The translations under genes were made by a program, and so were the position numbers. From assembly GCF_009914755.1 (NCBI RefSeq), contig NC_060931.1: a stretch of 64,000 nt of DNA. One strand, given 5' to 3'. The notes beneath the pieces were generated by a model. That model made no database searches. It was not told where the DNA came from and saw only the letters and a program-made list of their open reading frames with translations. The stretch is from the human T2T-CHM13v2.0 reference genome, Homo sapiens. Positions 29,201 through 43,528 of this stretch are shown piece by piece; positions within the stretch are counted from its first letter, which is position 1; every line of letters begins with the position of its first letter.

Positions 29201-32200
29201 AATCATCATTGAATGGAATCGAATGGAATCGTCATTGAATGGAATCGAATGGAATCATCATCGAATGGAATATAATGGAATCATCATCAAATGGAAAAGA
29301 ATGGAATCATCAACGAATGGAATCAAATGGAGAAATCGAATGAAATCCATTAGAATCATCATCAGATGGAACCGAATGCAGTCATCACCGAATGGAATCA
29401 AATGGAATTATCAAATGGATTAGACGGGAATCATCATAGAATGGAATTGAATGGACTCACCGAATGGGCTCGAAAGGAATCATAATCAAATGGAATCGAA
29501 TGGAATAATCGAATGGACACGAATGGAATCATTGTTGAATGGAATCGAATGGAATCGTCAAATGGCATTGAATGGAATCATCATCAAATGGAATTGAATG
29601 GAATCATCGAATGGACTCGAAAGGAATCATCAAATGACTTGAGTGGAATCATCATCGAATGGAATCGAATGGAGTCAACGAATGGACTCAAATGGAATCA
29701 TCATCTAAAGGAATTGAATGAAATCATAATCGAATGGAATCTAATGGAATCACCATCGAATGGAGTCAAATGGAATCATCATTGAATACAATCGAAAGGA
29801 ATCACCGAATTGAATCAAATGGAATGATCATTGAATGGAATTAAAGGGAATCATCAAATGGGATCGAACGGAGTCATTGAATGGAATCAAGTGGAATCAT
29901 CGAATAATGGAATCATCATCGAATGGAATCGAATGGAATCATCAAATGGACTAGAATGTAATCATCATTGAATGGAATTGAATGGAATAATCGAATGGAC
30001 ACAATGCAATCATCATTGAATGGAATTGAATTGAATCATCATTGAAAGGAATCTAATGGAATCATCGAATGGAATCGAATGGAATCATCATCAAATATAC
30101 TCAACCAGAAACATTGAATGTAATAGAATATAATCATCATTGAATGTAAAAGAATAGAAAAATCAAACGGAATTGACTTGAATCAACATTGCATGGAATT
30201 GATTGGAATCATAGAAAGGTATCAAATCTAATCATCATCGAATGGAATCAAGTGTAATCATCATCGAATGGAATCCAAAGCAATTACTGAATGGACTTGA
30301 ATTGAATGATTGAATGGAGTTGAAAGGAATCATCATCAAATGGAATAGAATGGAATCATTGAATGGACTCGAATGGAATCATCTTCAAATTGAATCGAAT
30401 GAAATCATCGAATGGACTCAAAGGGAATCATCATCGTATGGAATCGAATGTGATCATCTTCAAATGGAATCATCGAATGGACTCGAATGGAATGATCAAA
30501 GGGACTCAAATGGAATCATCAAACGAATCAAATGAAATCATCGAATGGACTCGAATGGAATTATCAAATGCACTCCAATGGAATCATCAAATGGACTCTA
30601 ATGGAATCATCATCGAATGGAATTGAATGGAATCATCAAATGTACACGAAGGTAGTCATTGAATGGACTCGAATGGAATCATCAAATGCAATCGAATGGA
30701 ATAATCATCAAATGTAATCGAATGGAATCATCCAATGGAATCAAATGGAATCATCAAATGGAATCGAACGGAATCATCTTCGAACAGAACCGAATGGAAT
30801 CATTGAATGGAATCAAAGGCAATCATTGTTGAATGGAATCAAATGTAAATATCATCGAATAGAATTGATTGGAATCATCGAATGGAATTGAATGGAATCA
30901 TCGTAAATGGAATCAAGTGGAATCATCGAATGGAATCTAATGGAATCATTGTCGAATGGAATGGAATGGAATCATTGAATGGAATTGAATGGAATCAGCA
31001 ATGAAGGGAATCGAATGGAATCATTGTCAAATGGAATCAAGTGGAATCATCGAATGGAAACTAATGGAATCATTGTCGAATGGAATGGAATGGAATCATT
31101 GAATGGAACTGAACGGAATCACCAATGAATGGAATCCTCATCAAATGATTTCAAATGGATTCATCAAATGGACTCGAATGGAATCATCATCGAATGGAAA
31201 CGTTTGGAATCATTGAATGAACTCGAAATGAATCATAATCGAATGGAATCGAAATGAATCATCATGGAATGGAATCACATGGAATCATCATGGAATGGAA
31301 TCGTACAGAATCATCATCAAATGGAATTCAATGGAATCATCAATTGGACTCAAATGGAATCATCAAAAGGAATCGAATGAAGCATCGAATGGACTCGAAT
31401 GGAATCCTCATCGAATGGAATCGAATGGAATCATCGAAAGGACTTGAATAGAATCATAAAATGGACTAGAACAGAATCATTATAGAATGGACTCAAATAG
31501 AGTAATCGGATGGACTTGAATGGAATCATAATGGAGTGGAATCGATAGGAATGATCAAATGCACTTGAATGGAATCATCATTGAATGGAATTGAATGGGA
31601 TCATCGAATGGAATAAAATGGAATCATCATTGAATGACATCAAATGGAATCGTCGAATGGAATCAAATAGAATCATCATCGAAAGGAATTGAATGAAAGC
31701 ATCGAATGAAATCGAATGGAATCACCATCGATTGGAGTCGAATGGAATCATCATCGAATAGAATCTATTGAAATCATCAGTTAAGACAATCGAATGGAAT
31801 CATCATCAAATGGAATCAAATGGAATCATCAAGTGGAATCGAATGGATTCATTGAATGGAATCCCATGGAATCATCATCAAATGGAACCGAATGGAATCA
31901 TTGAATGGACTTGAATGGAATCATCATCGAATGGACTCTAATGGAATCTTCATCAAATTGAATCGAATGGTGTCATTGAATGGACTCAAGAGGAATCATC
32001 AAATGGACTTGAATGGAAACATCATCGAATGGAGTCCAATGGAATCATCGAATGGCAACGAATAGCATCATCAATAAATGGAATCTAAGGGAATAATCAA
32101 ATGGACTCGAGTGGAATCATCATCATATGGAATCTTTGAATGGACTCTAATGGAATCTTCATCAAATGGAATCGAATTGAATCATCAAATGGACTCGAAT

Positions 32201-33760
32201 GGAATCATTGTCAAAAGGAATTTAATGGAATCATGGAATGGACTTGAATGGAATCATCGAATGGCATCGAATGGAATCATCATCGAATGGAATGGAATGG
32301 AATCATCTAATGGACTCAAATGGATTCATCACCAAATGGTATCAAATGGAATCTACGAATTAACTCGATTGAAATCTTCATCGAATGCAATCGAATGGAA
32401 TCATCCTCGAATGGAATTGAATGGAACCATCACTGAATGGAATCGAATGGAATCATCCAATGGAATAGAATTGCATCATCATCAAATGGAATCAAATAGA
32501 ATCATTGAATGAAATCGAATGAAATCATCATCGAGTGTAATTGAATGGAATAATCAGACTTTGGAATCGAATGGAATCATCATCGAATGGAATATAATTG
32601 AATCATCATCGAATGGAATCGAATAGAATCATCGAATGAAATTGAATGGAATAATAATCGAATGGAATCAAATGTAATCATCATCGAATGGAATCGAATG
32701 GAACCATCATTGACTGGAATTGAATGGAATGATCTAATGTAATAGAATTGAATCATCATCGAACAGAATCATTGAATGAAATTGCATGAAATCATCATCG
32801 AATGGACTCGAATGGAGTCATCGAATGGACTCGATTGGAATCATCCTCGAATGGAATCAAATGGAACCATCATTGAATGGAATCGAATGGAATCATTAAA
32901 TGGAATCGAATAGAATCATCAAGTGGAATTGAGTGGAATCATTGAATGGAATCGAATGGAATAATTGTCGAATGGAATGGAATGGAGTCAATGAATGGAA
33001 TTTAATGGAATCACCAATGAATTGAATGCGATGGAGTCATCATCAAATGGAATCGAATGGAATCATCGAATCGACTCAAATAGAATCATCATCGAATGGA
33101 ATCGTGTGGAATCATCTAATGGAGAAGAATAGAATCATCATCGAATGGAATCGAATGGAATAATCGATTGGACATGAATGGAATCACCATTGAATGGAAT
33201 CGAATTGAATCTTCGAATGGAATCGAATGAAATTATTGAATGTAATCGAATAGAATCATCATTGAATAGAATCGAATTGGATCATCATCGAATAGAATCT
33301 TCTGAAATCATCATCGAATGGAATCTAGTGGAGTCATCATCTAATGGAATTGAGTGGAATCAGCAAGGAATGGAATCGAATGGAGAAATCGAATGGAATC
33401 CGTTGGAATCTTCGTCGAATGGAACCGAATGCAGTCATCATAGAATGGAATTTAATGGAATCAATGAAGGGACTCGAATTGTGTCATCATTGAATGGAAT
33501 TGGATGGAATCATCAAATGGACTCGAATGGAATCATCGAATGGACCCTAATGGAATCATCATTGAATGGAATCGAATGGAATCGAATTGAATCATCAAAT
33601 GGACTCTAATGGAATCATCATCGACTGGAATGGAATGGAAACATCGAATGGACTCGAATGGAATCATTGAATTGACTCGAATGGAATCATCATCGAATGG
33701 AATCGCGTGGAATCCTCGAGTGGAATCAAATGGAATCATCAAATGGAATTGAACAGAATT
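14215..33760 (-). repeat. Diverged HSATII (HSat2) satellite array 1, about 19.5 kb
   Basis: Continuous 'atcatcgaatggaatcgaatgga' / 'ggactcgaatggaatcatc' 23/26-bp units, the reverse complement of CCATTCGATTCCATTCGATGAT(GAT)T; single orientation throughout. Confidence 0.97.
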
Positions 33761-33764
33761 ATAA

Positions 33765-34150
33765 GAAACTTACTTGAACCAAAAAATAGAAAAACAAACA
33801 AACCAAAACCCCCTAAAACTGTGATGAGCAAAGTAGACATCAGAACAGGAAATATCACTGGGGATGAAGAATAACATTTCAAAATGACAAAGGGGAAAAC
33901 ACACCAAGAAGTCATGTAAATAAGAAATATTTATGCACACAACAGCATTACTTCAAAATGCACAATAGAAAATCTATTAAAACTGAAAGGTAAAATAGTA
34001 AAACCACAGTCATCCATGTGGATTTCAACAGTCTCCTGCCAGAAATTTTTAAATTTTGTTAAACGAAATGTTAGGAAGGGTAGAGAGGATCTTAAAAATA
34101 TAATTAGCCAACTTGATCTAATTGAATCTTTTAGAATAATCTAAGGATGA
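33765..34150 (+). mobile_element. Ancient L1 ORF2 endonuclease-domain fossil
   Basis: 'caaagtagacatcagaacaggaaatatcact', 'aatatttatgcacacaacagc', 'gtggatttcaacagtctcct' correspond to KVD.RTRNIT / NIYA.N / .DFN..L endonuclease motifs. Confidence 0.7.
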
Positions 34151-35277
34151 GGAACGAGTTAGTAGAGAAAGAAAAGGCAGACATCAACATGACATTAGTG
34201 TTTCGAAGCTATGAGAATACACCAATAATGGTATGTGTGTGTGTGCAGATGGTAAGGTGAATCTTAAAAATACTGAGATTTAACTGACAATTCATTATTA
34301 AGAAAGATAAGAGAAAATGATATCTAGTGAGAGGCTATATGACTGAACTCTAAGAGAAAGGTCACAACAGAAATTGTGTACTTGACAGCTCTATAAGGAG
34401 GTCAGTCAAAAATAAGTCAGTGATGAATTCTCTGGGGTAAAAGCAGAGGAATGAGGATTAGATTGAAAACACATGGAAGCAGAGTGACTTATGATAAAAA
34501 CATGAGCTTGAAAATCCTGCAGAGAGGGCTTTAAATCCTGGGTATGATATTCTGCTTGTGTAGGCCAAAGTGATAAAAACACAACAACAAAAGAGGTAAA
34601 GAGCACTTTCCTTTGATATAAGTAAAGGGCACGTCTTATTGCACATATATATATAGAACTGAGATTCAACATGTTTCTCTCATTGAAACAGCAAGCTCTC
34701 CAGACCTTCATGTTCCCAGTGAGGTAGGTAAACTTCTGATGATTATACTCACCCTCCCTCATTGCAAAGCTCCCATTGTTATTGTCTTGGCTCTGTATTC
34801 CCTCAAAAATAGACTATGAAGCAAATATCTGGGGTCAGATACTTTAATCAGAAATTGAGTGAGAAAGCACAGAAGTGGAGAAAATGAAACAGAACACGAA
34901 GCCAGTGTGAATGAGTAGTTACTGCTATGTGCTCAGTAATGATGGAGGTATTGCGACTGTGTCAAAATAACTTTAAAAAGAGATGGGGATTCTGGAATCC
35001 CCATCTCTTATTGCTTAAGGATTGCCTTAGAATCATTAACTCTCCACCCCTAACTCCTTTGCTCCTATGTGTGGTTGAGAAGCACTGGTTAGCCTCAAGA
35101 AGCTTGCAGGCAGGCCCAAAAATCAGAAAGACAGGCATGATGTGAGGAGCTCTCAGTTAGCTGGAAACAGGTGAATTTCAGGTGAACACATTGAGTCCAG
35201 GACATAGAAGACAAGTCATCAGCAATATCTGCTATAGCCAGTTTTCTTTTTCTTTTTAAGAATATATACACATTTTC

Positions 35278-35897
35278 TTGGGGGTCCCCAAGTCCCTCTT
35301 TGGTTTAATGACTCACATAACCCAAGAAAGCTGATTTTTTTGTGGTTATAATTTCTAACAGTGAAAGAAACCAGATTAAAATAATCAGAAGCATAAAAGC
35401 ACATAAAGTTGAGTCCAGGACAAACCAGATGTGAGCTTACAGGTGTACTTTCATAGTGGGGACTTCACACTGACTAATTTTCTTCATAATGGTGTGAGAC
35501 AACATGTGTGAACTTGTTGCCAACTAAGGAAGCTCAGTCAGCCTTGAGTCCAGGGTTTTTATTAGGATTCCACCACATATGCATCGAGCGTCCTGTGACT
35601 GAACTTAGCTACTTAATTCCCAACCTCCCTATGCCCTAAGAGAGGTCATATTAATATGGCATTACACAAAGTCATAGGCATACAGAAACAGGTGCTCACA
35701 AGAAATCACGTTGTTAGCATCAGCTATTTGATATGACCCACGTTTTCAGGTATACAAAGACTCTCATCAGGCAACATATACCAAGGGCTCATAGGTTATC
35801 ATCTCCCAGGAGCTTGTCTAGGGCCAGTCCTGAAGACCTTTGGAATGCACAAGGTTTTGGAAAGCCATGTCTGCAGAATTAACCCTTCATTACACAA
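35278..35897 (-). mobile_element. MER77/MER21-family LTR
   Basis: 'ggggtccccaag', 'ttgccaactaaggaagctca..gccttgagtccagggtttttatt', 'tttggaatgcac..gtctgcagaattaacccttcattacaca'. Confidence 0.6.
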
Positions 35898-36261
35898 CCT
35901 CCAAGAATTTTTTTTATCTTTAAAAATGTTGTTTGATCTTTGACAATGTACCAACCAATACTGAGTAATTAGTAACAACAGTGTACTCCTGAGTACCTGC
36001 ACATGCAAGGAGAAAAAGGACAGATGCACTTACATAGGACAGATGCAAATAGACACCACTATGACAAGTAAAGCTGGAATAATCAATAAATTCCTAAAGA
36101 CAAAGTGGGGCTGGTGAGATGGGGAGACTGCTGACAGCTGCAGAAGTAGGGAAAGATCCATCATCTTGAAAATTTTTTCCCCACAAACCCACTGCTATCT
36201 CTCAAGCAATTGGTAAGGAATCCAAGAGAGACTGTATATGACACAGATCAGGGAGAGCAGA

Positions 36262-36545
36262 ACACTTGGGAGGTGACCAGGTCTTGGGGGCCGAGCCCTT
36301 ATGAATGGGATTAGTGCCTTTATAAAAGAAGCTCAATGGAGTTCTAGTGTGCCTTCCACTATGTGAGGACTTAGAAAGAAGGCACGATCTATGAACCATG
36401 AAATGGGCTCTCATCAACACTGAATTTGTGAGCATCTTGACCTGAGATTTTACAGCCTCAAGAAGTGTGAAAAAAGGATATATCTGTTGCTTTTTAGTCA
36501 CTCAGTTTATGTTATTTTGTTATAAGAGTCCAAATAGACCAAGAT
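36262..36545 (+). mobile_element. MLT1A-like MaLR LTR (partial)
   Basis: 'atgaatgggattagtgcctttataaaaga', 'catcttgacctgagattttacagcctcaagaagtgtga', 'tattttgttata..aaatagaccaaga'. Confidence 0.75.
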
Positions 36546-36759
36546 GTTCCACTTAATATGTAGGGGAAGGCAACAAAAACTGCCACACTTAGAATACTCC
36601 TGATGCTGGGAGTATGAAAACAGGAAAAACAAAACAAAACTGCTCTTGAAGGTGAAAGAGGAATATCACTGAGCTCACCAACACAGCCAGAAAAAGAACA
36701 GAGGTGTGAGAAGGCTACATTCCTGAGACCCTGAGAAAAAGTACCTGCATAAGACTGAG

Positions 36760-37445
36760 ATGAAATTACCTACTCTAGTTATGATTGAAATCCCAAAAAG
36801 AAAAGAGGGAAAAATAATGGAGCCAAAGAAATATTTTTCAAAATAACTGCCAAAAATATTCTAAAAGGAGTGACAGAAAATCAAACTTCAAATATAGGAA
36901 ACTCAGAGAATGTCAAATAGAACCAAAAGAAATAAGAATTACATCTTGAAAAATCTTTAAAAAATCAAGTCTAAATTTTATATCTTGCTCCAAATATATA
37001 GAGATATAAATAGGTTATCATCAAGATATGGAGAAAGCCATATCATGGAAACACTAAAATAAGGCTGTGGAAGGACTACATTGATATTAGACACAACAGA
37101 GTTCGGAACAAGAAATAGTATCAGAGATGAGAAATAATAGATAATAGAATAATCAATCAATTCTCAAGAAGATGTAAACATCCTACTAATTAGGGTATGC
37201 AGCTAACAACAGAACCTCCAAATACATGAGGTAAAACAGGAAAGAAATCAAAGGTGAACTAGAAAAATCCAAAATTATATTTGCAGACTTCAACACTTTT
37301 GTCTTAGTAATGGAAAGACTAGTCACAAACTCAGTAATCATGTGGAAGATAAGATGAACAATATCATCAAGACATCCAATCTTCAATGGCAGATACTCTT
37401 TCCTTTCAAGTGAAAAAAAAACAGTATGCCATATTCTCTAACAAA
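36760..37445 (+). mobile_element. Old L1M ORF1/ORF2 fossil
   Basis: 'tcaagaagatgtaaacatcctac..tatgcagctaacaacagaacctccaaatacatga', 'gcagacttcaacact' correspond to QED..IL..YA.NNR.SKYM / .DFNT motifs. Confidence 0.65.
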
Positions 37446-37464
37446 CCCAGAATTTCTAATATTT

Positions 37465-37926
37465 GCGTTCTTCCTTCCTTCTTTCCATCTTCCTTTCTCT
37501 TCTCTTCCCTTCCCTTGCCTTCTTCTTTCCTTTCTTCTTTTCCTCCTCCTTTTCTTTTCTTTTTTCTTTTCCTTTCTTTCTTTTCTTTCTTTTTTCTCCT
37601 TCCTTCCTTCTTTCCTTCTTTCTTTCTTTCCTCTTATTCTTGTTCCCTCCTCCCTCTCTTCCTTTCTCCCTCCCTTTTCTTCCTTCTTTTCTCATATTCT
37701 TTCTTTCTTTCTCACGTTCTTGCTTTCTTTCCTTTATTCTTCCTTCCTCCCACCATCCATTTCTCCCTTCCTCCCTCCCTTCCTTTCCCCTTTTTCCTTC
37801 CTTCCTTCGCCTGTTTCTTTTCTTTGTTTCCGTGCCTTCCTCCCTTTTACCATTCTCTCTTCCTCCTTTCCTTCCTCCCTTCCTCCCCTCCTCCTTTCTT
37901 TCTTTCTCTCTTTCTCTCTTTCTTTC

Positions 37927-37970
<44 letters not shown>

Positions 37971-38146
37971 ATTTCCTTCTTTCTTTCTTCTGTTCATGCT
38001 TTCTGTTTTCTCCCTTCCTGCCTTTCTCCCTTCCTCCCTCCCTCCCTTCCTTCCCTCATTTCCTCCTTCTTTTATTTCTTCTTTCTTTATTTCCTTCCTT
38101 CTTTCCTTCCTTCTTTTTCTTTGTTTTCTTTTCTTTCTTTCTTTTT
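37465..38146 (+). repeat. Polypyrimidine low-complexity tract (about 680 bp) with a (TTTC)n core
   Basis: Almost exclusively C/T on the + strand; TTCC, CCCT and TTTC units; purest (TTTC)n at about 37929-37970. Confidence 0.95.
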
Positions 38147-38235
38147 AATGCAACTCATATTATTTTAAAACAATTAAGAGAGGGAGACAGAAAAATAAAG
38201 AACGCTTTAATCTGCAGGTAAATAGATTATGTCTG

Positions 38236-39040
38236 CTGTAGGCAAAAGAATGGCCGCCCAAAAATTTTCATGTCCTAATTCCCAGAGTCTAACATACAAA
38301 TATGTTAGGTTGCATGGCAGTGTGAAATTAGATTTCAAGTGAAATTAAGGTTGCGGAAAAATGATAAAGAGATTGTCTTAAATGGGTGGGATCAATGAAA
38401 TCACAAACTTCCTTATAAGTGAAAGAAGAAGGCAGAAGAAAGGCAACCTTTGAGGTGGTGACATGAGAAATTACTCAACATCACTGACTTTTAAGATACA
38501 AGAATGAGGACCGAGCGCGGTGGCTCACGCCTAATCCCAGCACTTTGGGAGGCTAGGGTGGGTTTATCACGAGGTCAGGAGATTGAGACCATCCTGGCAA
38601 ACATGGCCAAACCCCATCCCTACTAAAAATACAAAAAATTAACTGGACGTGGTGGCAAGTGTCTGTAGTCCAACCTGCTCAGGAACCTGAGGCAGAAGAA
38701 TCACTTGAACCTGGGAGGCAGAGGTTGCAGTGAGATGAGATCATGCCACTGCACTCCAGCCTGGGTGACAGGAGGAGACTCCATCTCAAAAAAAAAAAAA
38801 AAAGAAATATAACATCTAAGAATGAGGACATGTTCCAAAGAATAAAGGTGGCCTCTGGATGCTGAAAAAAATCAAGTAATAGATTCTGCCAAATAGCCCT
38901 CAGAAAGACTGCAGCCCTGCCCAAAACTTGATGTTAGCCCTGTGAGTTTCATTTAAGGCTTCCGAACTACGAGGATTAACGGTCACTTTATTGTAAGATA
39001 TGAAGTTTGTGGTAATTGGTTACAGCAGCAAGAGGAAGTT
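38236..39040 (+). mobile_element. MLT1C/D-like MaLR LTR interrupted by an Alu
   Basis: Starts 'tgtaggcaaaagaatggccgcccaaaa'; 'gaaattaaggttgc'; resumes after the Alu with 'agattctgcc..cagccctgcc..' and ends 'gtttgtggtaattggttacagcagcaagaggaa'. Confidence 0.75.
38508..38803 (+). mobile_element. Alu (AluSc-like), full length
   Basis: Dimeric Alu with 'atcacgaggtcaggagattgagaccatcctgg', A16 tail, flanking repeat 'aagaatgagga' on both sides. Confidence 0.92.
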
Positions 39041-40025
39041 CATATTGTAATTGTATCATGAAAATGAGAACCATAATTTACAACTGCATTTAATACTGCA
39101 CTTGGATGTTTGAAATCACGTACATGGAAATGATCTCTATGTGCATGACGGAGGATAGCAAATTGATGCCAAAATAATGCAAATGCAAATCTTACACTCA
39201 TTTCTATGTAGGTTTCATTTAATCTTTGAAATTAAAATGAAATTAAAAGACTGTGATCTTTTGATGAAATTAGACTAAAATGAACAATAACAAAATAAGA
39301 ACTTACTTATATTCTTTATATGGTCAATAAAGAAGTGATAGTGGAAAAAAACAAGATCAAATGAAGGTGATGATTTAGGACGTTGGAAAGATAGCTGACA
39401 CTACAAAATGGTATATAACCAGTGAACACTTAGACACACTGATTGATGAACTTCAGCTTTTGGCTTGGTGAGAGCATAAAATGAGAGCAGCTGAGGTTTG
39501 CAAATTTGTAATCTCCTTGTGGAAAAACAGGGGAAAACACATCTCAGCCTAATAAGATTTATTTACTAAAGAGTCTAGAATTGATCCATTTGTCCTTGTA
39601 ATTCAACAGCTAATTCAAATACTGATTCGATGTATTGTGTGAACAACCATTGCTGATTATCATCGCATACCTGGCATTCTCTTGTATCTGATATCTAAAA
39701 TATTTGGTAATTCCTGGACTTTCTCTTTTCAAACCCAGTACGTTTTAATTTGAGTCTTAGAACAGTTGTCTTTGAGAAATTCTTCCCTCTACTGCATCTG
39801 TGAATGGGCATAGCATGGTTACATACATACTGTCACTCCATAGAACATTTGCTAAATTAAAGCCAAAGTTTAAAGCAAGAGCGTTAACTTAGTGGTTTTA
39901 CTAATGGTTTCCTCCCCAATAGCCGCAACAATATTGACACCCTCACACCTTTTAACATAAAGCTTGGTGTTGTCTATTTTTCAGGTGCTGTCATCTATAT
40001 GATGTCAGTATTGTAAAAATCAGCT

Positions 40026-41612
<1,587 letters not shown>

Positions 41613-43182
41613 AGCTCTCATTGATTTCTATGTAAATGTGTACAGGTGATGTCCATATAGATATAAATAATAATATTTCTGACAATGGGTCCATATGATC
41701 TTCAAAATAAAAAATGTCTATCTGTGTAATTGACTGGTTAGTCTCATTAATGAATATAGATTCAATTCTACTTTCTTGTTATAGATAAATTATATAATCT
41801 AGCTTTTCATTTCACTTATTTACTGATAACAACAGGAAGAATGACAAGATATCTATTTTGCAAAATTACTCTGGTAGGAGTAAAGATGAAATAATGATAT
41901 AATTGCAAGGACAACTAGAAAAAAGTATGTTCTTCTGATATTCTATCACATCACATACTAAAGGCCTCATGAAACTCAGATATTTTATCTAAAAATGTTA
42001 TTTTCATCATAGGAATGATCAAAGCATGGGACCACAATTGTATGAAAATGTGCTTGTATTACAAGCACAGGTGCTAAAAAGGAAGGGAAAACATCATTAC
42101 TGATATTTTCAACGTATGCTTTACTTTTCATCAACATGAACCTAAACTTGATATGATGAAGATTGAGGGAAATCACCCATAATTCCATATGAAGAAGGCC
42201 TGTGATATTTTATGGGAAAATAAATAGAGAAAATGCTAACAGAAACCCTATTAAGCATGAAGCTTTATGGAGCGAACACAAATCCAGTGGTGAAAGATAC
42301 ACAATCGAGTTCTGTTTGTTGTCTTGGAACAATACGGTTTAGAGGTGACTGGCGGTTGAGGAGAACATAAGCGAGTTCACCAAAGAGAAAAGCTGAATGA
42401 AGCAATGCCTCTTCCTGACCATATCTCTTTCTCAGATAACTATAAAATTTATTGTCCAGTAAAGGGTATATTAAAAAATCATATAAAAAGTCATGCAGTG
42501 AAGTTGTCCAGGGAAATCAAGACTTAACAGTCTCACTCTGACAATAATGAACAGGGGGATTCCCTCAAGGTAGACTAGGACATGACCCCACACTGGCAGG
42601 TAGAAGTACCAGAAAAGAATGCATGGAAAATCTTTACCTTATGCTTGAGGTAGGGACCAGGCTAAAGTGAAAGCCAGACCTAAAATTCTATCTAAAATAA
42701 ATCCAAAATCAAAGAAAATATGTGGTGTACAGGCATAGAATGTCTTTACTGGATCATTGAAATAGTAGGATAAATTCAACTTTTTACATTGTTTTCTTTT
42801 CTTGCAGTTAGGGCTTGAGGTTTGTCTCTGGAGAGTGACTGTCAATTGGAGCTCTGCCTTTCTGGGGTTCTGGTCAGGAGGTTGTGGATGCTTAACATGT
42901 GCCTTTCACAGGACACTTCCTCACCCCAGCAGTGGCCAGGTGTGCATCCCACGACCAGGTCTCCCTCTCACAGAACATCTATTGAGACTAGGAGATGCCT
43001 GGTGACTGTTGCCTGACCGGTGTCCTGTGTATTTCTGACAAGAGCCACTCTCAGAGACCCTGGCCAGGAGGAGAGTTAGGTTCCAGTGTAGGTCAGCTCA
43101 GACACATGGAGGCCACAGAACCAAACATGGGAAATCACAGAAGTAGGTTTATTACTCACAGATCCAGAGAGAAGAGTGTAGC

Positions 43183-43528
43183 TGAGAAGAGGGTTTAGCT
43201 GTGTCCCCAGCCAAGTCTCATCTTGAATTCCCACATGTTGTAGGAGGGAACAGGTGGGAGGTAATTGCATCATGAGGGCAGATCTTTCCCATGCTGTTCT
43301 TCTGATAGTGAATAAGTCTCACAAGATCTGATGGTTTTATAAAGGAGAGTTTCCTGCACAAGCTCTCTTGTCTTGTCTGCTGTCATGTGAGACGTGCCTT
43401 TCAGCTTGCACCATGATTGTGAGGCCTACCCAGCCATGTGGAACTGTGAATCTATTAAACCTCTTTCTTCTGGAAATTACCAAGACTTGGGCATTTCTTT
43501 ACCGGTGGTGTGAAAATGGACTAATACA
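43183..43528 (+). mobile_element. THE1 (THE1B-like) solo LTR
   Basis: TG...CA ends; 'ctgtgtcccc..ctcatcttgaattcccacatg', 'atggactaataca'; 5-bp TSD GTAGC at 43178-43182 and 43529-43533. Confidence 0.9.

Noticed and set aside
13973-33742. Dozens of MESSSNGIEWNHHR-type ORFs (also 60.3-63.6 kb)
   Set aside because: Translation artefacts of the ATG-rich, stop-poor HSATII strand; overlapping frames and no gene structure.
13913-33760. CRISPR-like or alpha-satellite interpretation of the array
   Set aside because: No constant repeat with unique spacers, no cas genes, no 171-bp monomer or CENP-B box; primate HSATII.
37386-38221. 240-260 aa F/S/L/P-rich ORFs and K/E/R-rich antisense ORFs
   Set aside because: Produced by the polypyrimidine tract, which cannot encode stop codons.
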